From: an uncultured Gammaproteobacteria bacterium | GTDB lineage: Bacteria; Patescibacteriota; Patescibacteriia; Magasanikbacterales; JBBTQS01 | Length of the DNA stretch: 64,000 bases | Reading direction: 5' to 3' | Assembly: GCA_965230935.1 (NCBI GenBank) | Contig: OZ246400.1 | Span: 246,359-310,358 of the forward strand | In this document: positions 36,704 through 46,452 of the stretch, one piece after another | Layout of the letters: every line of letters begins with the position of its first letter | Position numbering within the stretch: position 1 is the stretch's first letter | Notes under the pieces: model-generated | Database searches by the model: none | What the model saw: only the letters and a program-made list of their open reading frames with translations | Told to the model about the DNA's origin: nothing | Program-made: the position numbers and the translations under genes

Positions 36704-37550
36704 ATACCTCAACGGAAAACACCTTGCCCAGCAAGTGATCGCTCAGCTCAAAACCATTGTTGCTGAGGATTCAATGACGCCAGGAATGGCGGCGATTTTG
36801 GTTGGTGATGATGCTGCGTCTGAGTTGTATGTTCGGCTAAAAGAAAAAAGTTGCAAGACCATTGGCACCCACTTTGAAAAACACACCTTTCCCAAGGATG
36901 TAGAACAAAAAACTCTTGAGAAGGTTATTACCCAGCTCAATACTCGTGAAGACATTCATGCTATTTTGGTACAACTCCCTCTTCCTGAGCATCTTAATGC
37001 TGATGCCGTGATTGCCTGTATTGATCCGAACAAAGATGTTGATGGCTTTCATCCAAAAAACATCGCGCGGTATCTTGCATACGAAAAACCATTCATCCGA
37101 CCGGTGCTTATTCGTGCGATTTTACGTTTGATTCAAGCTACTGAGGAATTTCTTCGGGGAAAACATGCTGTGATTCTTGGGAACAGCGATGTGTTTATGC
37201 GCCCACTTGGCACGTCGCTACTGCGTCGAGATATGCAGGTCATTTGGCAAACACTTGATGATGAGGGTTGGGAGGAGCATGTGGCTCAAGCAGACTTACT
37301 CATCACCGCATTGGGCAAACCACATATTATTACTAAAAAGCATGTAAAGCCTGGGGTGATTTGTATTGACATTGGTATCACCAAACAAGAAGACGCTGTG
37401 CACGGTGATATTACTCCAGACGTGTCAGCGGTGGCAAGTTGGATGACTCCGGTTCCTGGTGGTGTTGGTCCGATGACTGTTGCCATGTTAATGCAAAACG
37501 TTGTTGAATTAGCACAACAAATCTATGTCAAAGAGTACCGTGGTTCCTAA
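36693..37550 (+). CDS. folD: bifunctional methylenetetrahydrofolate dehydrogenase/cyclohydrolase
   Basis: start placed at MPTKYLNGKHLAQQV, overlapping the glyA stop; ILVQLPLP motif. Confidence 0.9.
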   Translation: MPTKYLNGKHLAQQVIAQLKTIVAEDSMTPGMAAILVGDDAASELYVRLKEKSCKTIGTHFEKHTFPKDVEQKTLEKVITQLNTREDIHAILVQLPLPEHLNADAVIACIDPNKDVDGFHPKNIARYLAYEKPFIRPVLIRAILRLIQATEEFLRGKHAVILGNSDVFMRPLGTSLLRRDMQVIWQTLDDEGWEEHVAQADLLITALGKPHIITKKHVKPGVICIDIGITKQEDAVHGDITPDVSAVASWMTPVPGGVGPMTVAMLMQNVVELAQQIYVKEYRGS

Positions 37551-37965
37551 AACACAAATGGATTCATTTGCACAAACACTCACCACTTCATTACACGGTG
37601 GTGATGTGGTGCTACTCTCCGGAGAGCTTGGCGCCGGCAAAACAACACTCACCAAAGGAATTGCACGTGCCCTTGGGTTATCCAACACTATCACGAGTCC
37701 AACGTTTACCTTGATGAATATTTATTCGGTCAATACCCATCCCACAATCAAAACATTGGCGCATATTGATACATATCGACTGGAGACTTTGGACGAACTG
37801 CGTACTATTGGTGTGCAAGAATATGTTGGACGCAATGATGTACTTACCATTGTTGAATGGCCAGAAAAACTGACAGAATTTTTTGCGCAAAAAAATATCC
37901 CACTACCCTATCGTGAGATTCATATTGAGGGCACTGGGGACGAACGCAAGATCACGTCCCAATAA
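37525..37965 (+). CDS. tsaE: tRNA threonylcarbamoyladenosine biosynthesis protein TsaE
   Basis: 146 aa; P-loop LSGELGAGKTTL. Confidence 0.85.
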   Translation: MSKSTVVPKTQMDSFAQTLTTSLHGGDVVLLSGELGAGKTTLTKGIARALGLSNTITSPTFTLMNIYSVNTHPTIKTLAHIDTYRLETLDELRTIGVQEYVGRNDVLTIVEWPEKLTEFFAQKNIPLPYREIHIEGTGDERKITSQ

Positions 37966-39069
37966 CTAGAGAATTGGCGACATCCATTCACCAATTTGCT
38001 CAAGGATCTGATTGCGAATTGGCCGCGCTTTCCATTCTTGTGGGTCAAACAACTTTGCCTCTTTTTTCCAAGAACGTAAAATACCATCAAGATCGCTCAC
38101 CATTTTCTTTTTTGTAAACGACAAATCTGCCTCGTGGTTATAAAAAAAACTTCGCGGATCAATGTTACTACTCCCTACCATACCAAAGTTTCCATCAACC
38201 ACAAGTGCTTTGCCGTGCATCATTCGTCCAAGAAGATGTAATGTGATCCCCATATGATGGAACGTAGGAATTCGCGCATGGATTGCATAGGTAATGAGCG
38301 CAATATCAGAAAATAATGGGGTAATTACATCAATAGTTACCCCACGCGCAATTGCTTTTTCCATTGCAGCCATGAGTTTTTTATCCGGCAAAAAATACGG
38401 TGTGGCAATAACTACCCGCTGCTTTGCCTGACGCATAGCATTAAGATACACCCGTCGGATTGCACTGTGCTCTTTAAACCGACGATACGGATGTGTAAAC
38501 ACAAATTTGATGTGCCGCGCCTGCTCTTTGGCACGGCGAATCGGATGACGCAGCAGTGTTTTCACATGATGACGAACCCCACCGCCATGCAACCAAATCT
38601 TTGCAAACGAACGTACTAATGGCGCAACCCAATCCTCACCAACAATTTTGACATGTACATCAAGCCAGTGGCCAAAATCTTTTCGAACATTAACCCCACC
38701 GATAAAGCCAACCCTACGATCAATAATAAGCACCTTACGATGATTGCGATGAAACAATCGACGAAAACTTTTAAAAATCCGCTTAAACGCCAAGGATTGA
38801 AACGACAATACTTTAGCTCCGGCGGCTTGCAATCGCCTGAGTGCTGAAACCGAAAACCAAAAACTACCAATACCATCTAATACCACCTTGACATCAAGAC
38901 CGGCTTGAGCACGTTCGACCAAAATATCAACAAACGCGTGACCAATCTCATCATCAACAAAAACATAGGATTCAAGATAAATAGAACGCTCTGCTTGGCG
39001 CAGCGCATCTTTCATTGCCTCCCAAGTATCTTCAGTATTCTTATAAAATTCCCACTGCATACCGATCAA
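37966..39069 (-). CDS. phospholipase D family protein (cardiolipin synthase-like)
   Basis: 367 aa; two HxK(x4)D-type motifs (HAKIVG..., HGKALVVDGNFGMVGSSN). Confidence 0.75.
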   Translation of the reverse strand: MIGMQWEFYKNTEDTWEAMKDALRQAERSIYLESYVFVDDEIGHAFVDILVERAQAGLDVKVVLDGIGSFWFSVSALRRLQAAGAKVLSFQSLAFKRIFKSFRRLFHRNHRKVLIIDRRVGFIGGVNVRKDFGHWLDVHVKIVGEDWVAPLVRSFAKIWLHGGGVRHHVKTLLRHPIRRAKEQARHIKFVFTHPYRRFKEHSAIRRVYLNAMRQAKQRVVIATPYFLPDKKLMAAMEKAIARGVTIDVITPLFSDIALITYAIHARIPTFHHMGITLHLLGRMMHGKALVVDGNFGMVGSSNIDPRSFFYNHEADLSFTKKKMVSDLDGILRSWKKEAKLFDPQEWKARPIRNQILEQIGEWMSPIL

Positions 39070-39881
39070 CGGACAAATGCACTGCGCAACTTTGCCACAA
39101 TAAATAGTATGGTAAACACAGCAGCACCAAACAACACAATGATCGCGCCGGATGGCATATCAAGATAATACGAGCTTACAAGCCCCCCTAGGACAATAAC
39201 CTCGGAAAATAAAATACTTTGCACAAACATGCTCTTAAATGATCGAGCGAGCAGTCGCCCGGTCGCAACCGGCAAAATCAATAATGCACTAATCAATACG
39301 ATTCCCAAGAGCTTCACTCCAATAACGACGGTAACCGCTAAAAAGATGTAGAGGAGTAACTCAGCGGCCAACACCGGGATGCCCGAAAGCCATGCCATTT
39401 CTTTGTTAATAATCATCAGTACAATACTTTTGTATAACAAAAGTAGTACCACAGTGGTCACTACTGAAAATGGAATAATCACCAACAGATCACTATACGC
39501 AATGGTTAAGATGTTTCCAAACAAATAACTGATAAGGTCTGGTTGATATCCACTTTGCAATGACATCAAGACAATACCCAACGCCAAACCAGTGGTGAAT
39601 AAAAATCCTAATACGGTATCGCTTTTGAGTTTTGAATACCGATCAAAAAGCACCATCACGATGGCGAATACTACGGCGATAATCAGTGCTGTCCACAAAG
39701 GATTAACTCCAACCAATAACCCAATAGCAATACCGGCAAGCGATGCATGAGCTACTCCATCGCCAAAAAACGCCATCCCACGTGCGGTTACAAACACTCC
39801 AAGCAACGCAAGTGGAACGGCCACTGCGGCACCAGCAATAAGTGCGCGTTGCATAAATGGAAGCGTAAATAGCTCAAGCAT
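39066..39881 (-). CDS. metal ABC transporter permease (ZnuB-like)
   Basis: 271 aa, 8 TM, ABC-3 family pattern. Confidence 0.8.
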   Translation of the reverse strand: MLELFTLPFMQRALIAGAAVAVPLALLGVFVTARGMAFFGDGVAHASLAGIAIGLLVGVNPLWTALIIAVVFAIVMVLFDRYSKLKSDTVLGFLFTTGLALGIVLMSLQSGYQPDLISYLFGNILTIAYSDLLVIIPFSVVTTVVLLLLYKSIVLMIINKEMAWLSGIPVLAAELLLYIFLAVTVVIGVKLLGIVLISALLILPVATGRLLARSFKSMFVQSILFSEVIVLGGLVSSYYLDMPSGAIIVLFGAAVFTILFIVAKLRSAFVR

Positions 39882-39882
39882 A

Positions 39883-40641
39883 CTAATGATGGTGATGGTG
39901 ATGAGTAGCTCCTTCGCCGTAAAGTGCTGCCAAATTCTTGTCTTTCATCACTTGCTGCGGCGCACCAGAACACAACAGCCGTTGATTCACACACAGCACA
40001 AGGTCGGCATACTTATGAACGACTTCCATTTCATGCGACACAACTAAAATGGTCACGTCATATCGTTGTCGAATACGATCAATGTGTTCGTAAATAGATT
40101 TGGAACCAACCGTATCGATATTACTTACCGGCTCATCAAGCACCAAGAGTTTTGGTTTTCCCAAAAGCGCTCTGGCAATCAGTACGCGTTGCAATTGCCC
40201 ACCTGACAATGCGGACAGTGCCGAGCTGCCATGGTCTTCCATGGCAACTTCAGCAAGTGCTCGCTTCATCGTACGCCCAGATTTACCTGCGCTGGTGAGT
40301 GATAAAAATTCATTTACGGTAATTGGAAAATCCGAGTCAACAAAAAACCGCTGTGGTACATAGCCGATTTGTTCACGAATTTGTTTTGGTTTTTTACCAA
40401 AAATTCTAATCGTACCATCATCTACTGGCATAATACCCATGATAGCTCGCACCAATGTGGTCTTACCACTCCCATTAGGGCCAACGAGCATGGTGATACT
40501 TTTTCGTGGAACCTCAAAAGAGATGTTTTGCAACACCTCTCGAGAGTCAATGCGCACACTTACATTGTTTACCGCAATGACATTGTCTTTTGTTTTGACG
40601 GCTTCTGCCATGTGAATATGACTACTCAAGTGCTTCAACAA
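39883..40641 (-). CDS. metal ABC transporter ATP-binding protein (ZnuC-like) with C-terminal hexahistidine
   Basis: Walker A GPNGSGKTT, signature LSGGQLQRV; ends GEGATHHHHHH. Confidence 0.85.
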   Translation of the reverse strand: MLKHLSSHIHMAEAVKTKDNVIAVNNVSVRIDSREVLQNISFEVPRKSITMLVGPNGSGKTTLVRAIMGIMPVDDGTIRIFGKKPKQIREQIGYVPQRFFVDSDFPITVNEFLSLTSAGKSGRTMKRALAEVAMEDHGSSALSALSGGQLQRVLIARALLGKPKLLVLDEPVSNIDTVGSKSIYEHIDRIRQRYDVTILVVSHEMEVVHKYADLVLCVNQRLLCSGAPQQVMKDKNLAALYGEGATHHHHHH

Positions 40642-41581
40642 CAGTATTCACATTATACCGCATCATGTCAATGTAGGATACTCGGTCGGCGACTCCACCA
40701 AGAGGATCAAGCATTACCACCGGCAATCCAGTGTCAGAAGAAAAGGACGCGATAGCGGCATCGGAAAGCTGCGCTTCGCTCCAAATCATCTGTACCGGCT
40801 CATCACTATGCTCAATTGCCTCAAGCAACTCATGTAAATATTGTGGTGTTGGCTCTTCACCTGCTGCCGGTTCAAATACGCCTACAATCTCCAAATCAAA
40901 ACTATCAGCAAAATACCCCCATGCATCATGTAACGTAATCACATGCGTATCTTCATATGGTGCAATCACCTTTGTAAGTTCTTCTTGGGTTCTATCGAGT
41001 GTTGTGCGGTATGTCGTAGCACGCTGTTGGTATTGTGCAGCATGTGCCGGATCAAGTCCTGCTAAGGTATTGGCCGCTGTCTGAGCCATCTTGCTAGCAT
41101 TATCAAACGCAAGCCAATAATGTGGGTCAATTCCCTCATGGCCATGGCCATCGTCATCTTCGTCAGCCTCATCATGGCCATGTTCGTCTTCTTCGGCAAA
41201 TTCACGTAACGTAACCCCATCGTCAACTACAATAACGTTGATACCAGGAATATTTTCTTGAACAGACAACACCCAATGATCAATCCCATGACCAATGGCA
41301 AAAATCGTTCTCACGTCTTGGAGTTCTCGAATTTGTTTGGGTGAAAACGAAAACAGGTGTGGACTTGCACCGCTTGGTAGAATCTGTACAACATCAGCGG
41401 TATCACCTGCAACTTGGGATACGATATCGGCAAGGGGAGCAATCGTTGCCGCAACAGTTATTTTTCCATCAGGGATGCTCGCAGTGGTATGATCTTCTTG
41501 TAGCTCACTGGCGACATACCATAACCCGGCTGCGCCAAAAATAATCACGAGAACGCTTACAACTAACAGTGTTTTTTTCAT
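40622..41581 (-). CDS. metal-binding lipoprotein (ZnuA-like)
   Basis: signal peptide; His/Asp/Glu-rich loop EEDEHGHDEADEDDDGHGHEG typical of Zn-specific cluster A-I SBPs. Confidence 0.85.
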   Translation of the reverse strand: MKKTLLVVSVLVIIFGAAGLWYVASELQEDHTTASIPDGKITVAATIAPLADIVSQVAGDTADVVQILPSGASPHLFSFSPKQIRELQDVRTIFAIGHGIDHWVLSVQENIPGINVIVVDDGVTLREFAEEDEHGHDEADEDDDGHGHEGIDPHYWLAFDNASKMAQTAANTLAGLDPAHAAQYQQRATTYRTTLDRTQEELTKVIAPYEDTHVITLHDAWGYFADSFDLEIVGVFEPAAGEEPTPQYLHELLEAIEHSDEPVQMIWSEAQLSDAAIASFSSDTGLPVVMLDPLGGVADRVSYIDMMRYNVNTVVEALE

Positions 41582-41618
41582 AGGTAAAAAGAAAATTATT
41601 ATAAGAGAAGAATAGTAG

Positions 41619-41690
41619 TACCGCCAAGGGGAATCGAACCCCTGTTCCCAGGATGAGAACCTGATGTCCTAACCACTAGACGATGGCGGC
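41619..41690 (-). tRNA. tRNA-Glu (anticodon CUC)
   Basis: hand-folded cloverleaf: acceptor GCCGCCA/TGGCGGT (G1-U72), D-arm GTCT-AGTGGTTA-GGAC, anticodon stem TCAGG/CCTGG with loop TTCTCAT, T-arm AGGGG-TTCGATT-CCCCT; CCA not encoded. Confidence 0.75.
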
Positions 41691-41738
41691 GGTTAGTGGC
41701 CCTATTGTGCCGCAGCGTATTGGTTTTGTCAATGACTA

Positions 41739-43040
41739 CTAACTCGTCAACCACTTCCCATACTGGCGCACCAACACTTGTTTTGCTTCAAGTGGATTAG
41801 CCATAACCTCACGAGTTACTTTTTCCATACGCACACCTTGTGACCCTTTGATAAGGATAACATCACCTTGTTTGATTTTCTCTTGAACAAATTTTCCAGC
41901 ACTGACTGAATCATTAAACTTAGCAATCCGATGCTCCTCCATACCAGCTTCCTGTGCCCCATGGGCAATATGTTTGCTTGCTTCACCAGCCGTTACCAAA
42001 AAATCAATCTGATACTGCGCAATTAACTCCCCTATCTTTGCATGTTCATCTTCAGTCATGCTCCCCAACTCCAACATATCCCCGAGCACGGCATAGCGTT
42101 CCGCTCCTTGAGAGATCTCAACCATTGCCAATGCTTCGATCGCGCGACGGGCCGCCAAAGGTGATGAGTTGTAGGTATCATCAATCAACATTGTGTTCTT
42201 AATACCAGGAACCAAATGCATGCGTCCCGGAGCACCACGATAATGCGAAAGGCCTTCGCCTATCTCAATGATATTCATGCCATAGGAAAGTCCTACCGCA
42301 ACTGCCGCCAACCCAGGATAAATATGCTGCCGGCCAATTACATTTGGGAGTGTGATTGGCACAGTAGAACCTTTGTGTTCAATTTTAAACTGCATCCCCA
42401 TGACCAGTCCACGTTCACCATACGCCAGACGCATATCAGACGCACGCACATCAGCATGGTCGGTAAACCCATACGTAAATACATGGGATTTCAATTTTGG
42501 TTTAATTTGCATGACGCGCTCATCATCAGCATTAATAACCGCAGCTCCGGCAGTTGGCACTGACAACACCAGGTGTTGTTTTTCTTTAGCAACACGCTCG
42601 ATAGTTTTGAAAAATTCAACGTGTGCCGGAGCAATAGCGGTTAACACACCAACTTTCGGCGGGCAAAATTCAACCAAATAGGCAATGTCACCTGGATGAT
42701 CTGCACCCATTTCCACGATCAACATCTCTGGATATTGTGGATCTTTGTGGAGCAACAATCGAAACCCCTCGAACATCAACTCAACCCAACCAGTGATTGA
42801 TCGGCCGGGGCTCTCCAATCCTAAAATGGTCATCGGCACACCAATTTGGTCATTGTAACTTCGAATACTCTGACGAACTCGAAATTTAGGAGATAGCGCA
42901 GCATAAATCGCCTCTCGCGTTGAAGTTTTCCCAACTGATCCAGTAATGGCAATGACTTCGGGCTTATATTTAGTAAGAATGGCACGACTGAGAATACGGA
43001 GTAACCAATGGACAATAGCTCGCATACAATAATTATTCAC
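41739..43040 (-). CDS. murF: UDP-N-acetylmuramoyl-tripeptide--D-alanyl-D-alanine ligase
   Basis: Mur ligase P-loop ITGSVGKTSTREA; MurF length; start may be a few codons downstream. Confidence 0.8.
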   Translation of the reverse strand: MNNYCMRAIVHWLLRILSRAILTKYKPEVIAITGSVGKTSTREAIYAALSPKFRVRQSIRSYNDQIGVPMTILGLESPGRSITGWVELMFEGFRLLLHKDPQYPEMLIVEMGADHPGDIAYLVEFCPPKVGVLTAIAPAHVEFFKTIERVAKEKQHLVLSVPTAGAAVINADDERVMQIKPKLKSHVFTYGFTDHADVRASDMRLAYGERGLVMGMQFKIEHKGSTVPITLPNVIGRQHIYPGLAAVAVGLSYGMNIIEIGEGLSHYRGAPGRMHLVPGIKNTMLIDDTYNSSPLAARRAIEALAMVEISQGAERYAVLGDMLELGSMTEDEHAKIGELIAQYQIDFLVTAGEASKHIAHGAQEAGMEEHRIAKFNDSVSAGKFVQEKIKQGDVILIKGSQGVRMEKVTREVMANPLEAKQVLVRQYGKWLTS

Positions 43041-44811
43041 TAGGAGGAATACTTAAATACTGTACCAGGAATTTTGCCATTCTACCAAAATAGGGCGCTG
43101 CGCTTTGTGAAGACCACCTACGTGCCGGTTTTTCGAACTTACTCAAAATCACAAACTGCGGATCCTCGGTTGGGCCATATCCAACAAAGGTGTGATTAGT
43201 CTCTTCAGTATATCCTCCTGGTCCTGGAATCTGCGCGGTTCCGGTTTTCCCACCTAAATGATAGCCTTCTACGCCAGCTTGGCGTTTGTACGTTTGTTCA
43301 ATAACACTGGTAAGCATTCCGGAGATAAGATTTGCCGCCCGTGAAGAGATGACCCGCTCCACTTCGCGCGGTTCGATGACATGTACGGTGCCATCGGCAT
43401 GACGAATCTCTTCAACAATGTATGGTTGCATGCGAATCCCATTGTTTGCCATGGCAGCATAGGCTGATGCCAGTTGGAGTGGTGTTGCCGTTAATCCTTG
43501 TCCAAATGAACCGGTTGCTGCGTAAATATCACCATCTTTGTCCAGAGAATCTACATTACCAGCAACTTCGGTGTCTAACTCAATGCCACTTTTCTCACCA
43601 AATCCGAACTTACGCACATATTTAGCAAAATCTTTATTACCGAGCTTATCAACTACAAAAATCATTCCGGTATTAATTGATTCTTCTAGCACCTTGGTCA
43701 TACTTACCTCATTACCAAACGACTTTTGCAATGCATTGCGAATGGTAAACTGACCCAACTTAACTGAACCAGGATCATCAAACGTGAGCTCTGGAGTTAC
43801 CACTCCTTTATCCAGTGCTGCTGCCATGGTCACGGTTTTAAACACCGAACCTGGTTCATATGCCGTAAAAATTGCTTGATTGTTATAGATCGTCACTCCT
43901 TCCACCTCGTTATAGATGTTTGGATCAAACGTTGGCCAACTACACATCGCTTTAATCGCGCCAGTTTTGGGATCCATAATCACTGCTGCAGCTTGTTGCG
44001 CTTCAACTTCGATCGCAATATTTTCCAACTCATCACATGCTTTATTTTGAATGACACGATCAATGGTTAACACCACATCAGTGCCATCTTTAGCTGCTTT
44101 GTGTGATCGCGTAGCAACCGGAATCCATGCCCCAAACGCATCACGCTCCCCCTCTATAAATCCTTGGTCACCGGCAAGCAGTTCTTGATGATACCCTTCA
44201 ATACCATACAAACCCGTAGGCTGCCCATCAGAATTCAGGCCATAAAATCCTAACACATGCGATGCAAAATCTCCTTCAGGAAAAAAACGATATGGTTTGC
44301 GTACAAAATACACCCCTGGGAACTCCTTAGCGTCGATTGCTTGCTTATGTTCTTCGCTCACCCGCGACTCATGCGAGATGGGAATGTACGGATCATCGCT
44401 AGCTGACTGATCAATTTCTAAAAATACGTTGAAACGTGTATCAGCATCCCAACCAAGAATCCCGGCAAGCCCTACTGCAGTTTCTTCTGGATCTGGATTT
44501 TCTCGATTGTCGATGAAAAGCTGATAAACATTACGGTTCATGGCAAGTGGATAGAGGTCATCTGGATTATTCGCATCTCGAACAAAAATTGATCCGCGCG
44601 ATGGAAGTAATGATCGATACAAATCATGAGTTCCAGAAGCTAGCGCCGTATAGAATGTATGCTGAATCACCTGCATACTGAACAAACGCAAAATCATAAT
44701 CACCACAAAAATAATGACGCCTATAGTGACAAGACGCAGCCGAGATTCGTACGGCTGCGTAAGCACGAGGGTGTTGCGTTTGCGTGATGAACCTTGTCCT
44801 TTAACGCGCAT
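43033..44811 (-). CDS. class B penicillin-binding protein (FtsI/PBP2-like transpeptidase)
   Basis: SVFK (SxxK), SIN (SxN), KTGTAQ (KTG) motifs; start placed at MRVKGQ before the TM anchor. Confidence 0.85.
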   Translation of the reverse strand: MRVKGQGSSRKRNTLVLTQPYESRLRLVTIGVIIFVVIMILRLFSMQVIQHTFYTALASGTHDLYRSLLPSRGSIFVRDANNPDDLYPLAMNRNVYQLFIDNRENPDPEETAVGLAGILGWDADTRFNVFLEIDQSASDDPYIPISHESRVSEEHKQAIDAKEFPGVYFVRKPYRFFPEGDFASHVLGFYGLNSDGQPTGLYGIEGYHQELLAGDQGFIEGERDAFGAWIPVATRSHKAAKDGTDVVLTIDRVIQNKACDELENIAIEVEAQQAAAVIMDPKTGAIKAMCSWPTFDPNIYNEVEGVTIYNNQAIFTAYEPGSVFKTVTMAAALDKGVVTPELTFDDPGSVKLGQFTIRNALQKSFGNEVSMTKVLEESINTGMIFVVDKLGNKDFAKYVRKFGFGEKSGIELDTEVAGNVDSLDKDGDIYAATGSFGQGLTATPLQLASAYAAMANNGIRMQPYIVEEIRHADGTVHVIEPREVERVISSRAANLISGMLTSVIEQTYKRQAGVEGYHLGGKTGTAQIPGPGGYTEETNHTFVGYGPTEDPQFVILSKFEKPARRWSSQSAAPYFGRMAKFLVQYLSIPPSE

Positions 44812-44830
44812 ATGCGAGTAGTATACCACC

Positions 44831-44858
44831 TTTACTTTTTGGCTAAAAATGCTATAGT
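44831..44858 (+). promoter_or_regulatory. promoter-like element upstream of cca
   Basis: TTTACT-16 nt-TATAGT ending 8 nt before the cca ATG. Confidence 0.4.
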
Positions 44859-44866
44859 CGTGGAGT

Positions 44867-46345
44867 ATGAGCAAGAAATTGACCTTACCACAATTTATTG
44901 AAGAGGTTTTGCAAACGCTTCGTGATGCCAATCACCAAGCGTATGTTGTTGGTGGTGCAATTCGTGACTTGCTCATGGGCAACACTACGACTGATTGGGA
45001 CTTGGCCACTGACGCAACACCGGAGCAAATTCAAGCATTATTTGCAGATCATGTATATGAAAATGAATTTGGAACCGTGACACTCAAATGCGTGTCAGAA
45101 AATTCCCCAAACGCTGTTGTACCAGTAGGGCAGAAAGTGGAAATCACTCCTTTTCGTAGTGAGCATGGGTATGCAGACAAACGTCGTCCAGACACAGTAC
45201 AATTTGGTGTATCGCTCAAAGAAGATTTGTCACGACGCGACTTTACTATCAATGCCATTGCTTATGATGGTACCGCTCTTGTCGATCCTTTCAACGGACG
45301 AGATGATATTGCACAAAAGATTATTCGCACGGTTGGCTCACCTGATGAACGTCTTACAGAAGATGCGTTGCGCATGTTACGCGCTATTCGTTTTGCCACC
45401 ACACTTGGATTTACCATTGATCCGCAGACACAGGAGTCGATTAAAAAACACAGCAAGGCGATCACACAAATCTCTGCAGAACGTATTCGGGATGAGCTGA
45501 TCAAAATTGTTGAGGCACACACAAAGCCATCGACCGGCTTTCGACTCATGCATGATACTGGCTTACTTGCGTACATCATGCCAGAGCTTGAAGTTGGTAT
45601 TGGTGTTGGACAAAACAAACACCATATTTATACGGTGTTTGAACATAATTTGCTTTCACTCGACTTTGCAGCTGAGTATGAATATAGCACTGCAGTGCGT
45701 TTGGCGGCACTACTTCATGACATTGGAAAACCGGCAACCAAAGAAGGCGAAGGCCATGACTGCACGTTTTACAATCACGCCCAAGTTGGTGCCAAACAAG
45801 CACGTGATATTTTGATCCGACTTAAATTACCAAAAGCACTTGGTAAAAAAATCGTAACCTTGGTGCGCAATCATATGTTTTTCTATGATGTAGATGCCGT
45901 TACTGATGCTGCGATTCGCCGGTTAGTCAAAAAAGTTGGTCCAGAGAATATTCAAGATCTACTCAAAGTACGTATTGCCGAGCGTAAAGGTTCGGGTGTT
46001 CCTAAGGCACGACCGTACCGATTGCGTCACTTGGAGTATATGATTGAAAAAGTTGCTCGCGATCCGATTTCAGTGAAGATGCTTAAGCTCAATGGGGACA
46101 TCATGATCAATGAATTTGACATGAAGCCGGGTCCGCGTATGGGTTGGATTTTGAATGCCTTACTTGAAGACGTGCTGGATGACCCTACGCGCAACACTCG
46201 TGAGTATCTTGAAGCACGTATGAAGGAATTGGATGCCATGAGTGATGATCAACTCAGTGCATTAGCACAAGCTGGAAAAGAAGCAGCGGCACAAAAAGAA
46301 GCGCAAGCGCTGGGTGAGATCAAGAAAAAATTTCACGTTAAATAG
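44867..46345 (+). CDS. cca: CCA-adding tRNA nucleotidyltransferase with HD domain
   Basis: VVGGAIRDLLMG...DWDLAT polymerase beta head motifs; HD domain LLHDIGKP. Confidence 0.85.
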   Translation: MSKKLTLPQFIEEVLQTLRDANHQAYVVGGAIRDLLMGNTTTDWDLATDATPEQIQALFADHVYENEFGTVTLKCVSENSPNAVVPVGQKVEITPFRSEHGYADKRRPDTVQFGVSLKEDLSRRDFTINAIAYDGTALVDPFNGRDDIAQKIIRTVGSPDERLTEDALRMLRAIRFATTLGFTIDPQTQESIKKHSKAITQISAERIRDELIKIVEAHTKPSTGFRLMHDTGLLAYIMPELEVGIGVGQNKHHIYTVFEHNLLSLDFAAEYEYSTAVRLAALLHDIGKPATKEGEGHDCTFYNHAQVGAKQARDILIRLKLPKALGKKIVTLVRNHMFFYDVDAVTDAAIRRLVKKVGPENIQDLLKVRIAERKGSGVPKARPYRLRHLEYMIEKVARDPISVKMLKLNGDIMINEFDMKPGPRMGWILNALLEDVLDDPTRNTREYLEARMKELDAMSDDQLSALAQAGKEAAAQKEAQALGEIKKKFHVK

Positions 46346-46361
46346 TGCGGTGCAAAAAGAA

Positions 46362-46394
46362 GAAGCGCTCCATCAGGGCGCTTTCTTGTTGTTT
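46362..46394 (+). terminator. intrinsic terminator of cca
   Basis: GAAGCGC-loop-GCGCTTT stem followed by CTTGTTGTTT. Confidence 0.55.
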
Positions 46395-46452
46395 GATGTA
46401 GTATTTTGTTGACGTCTAACTTCCGCTGAGGCGCGTCGCGATCCCCTTCTTC

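Noticed and set aside
39883-39905. Hexa-His codons considered as evidence of cloning-vector contamination
   Set aside because: No vector backbone, MCS, T7 or lac elements flank it, and the gene is an intact ABC ATPase in its natural operon context. It is kept only as a low-interest curiosity.
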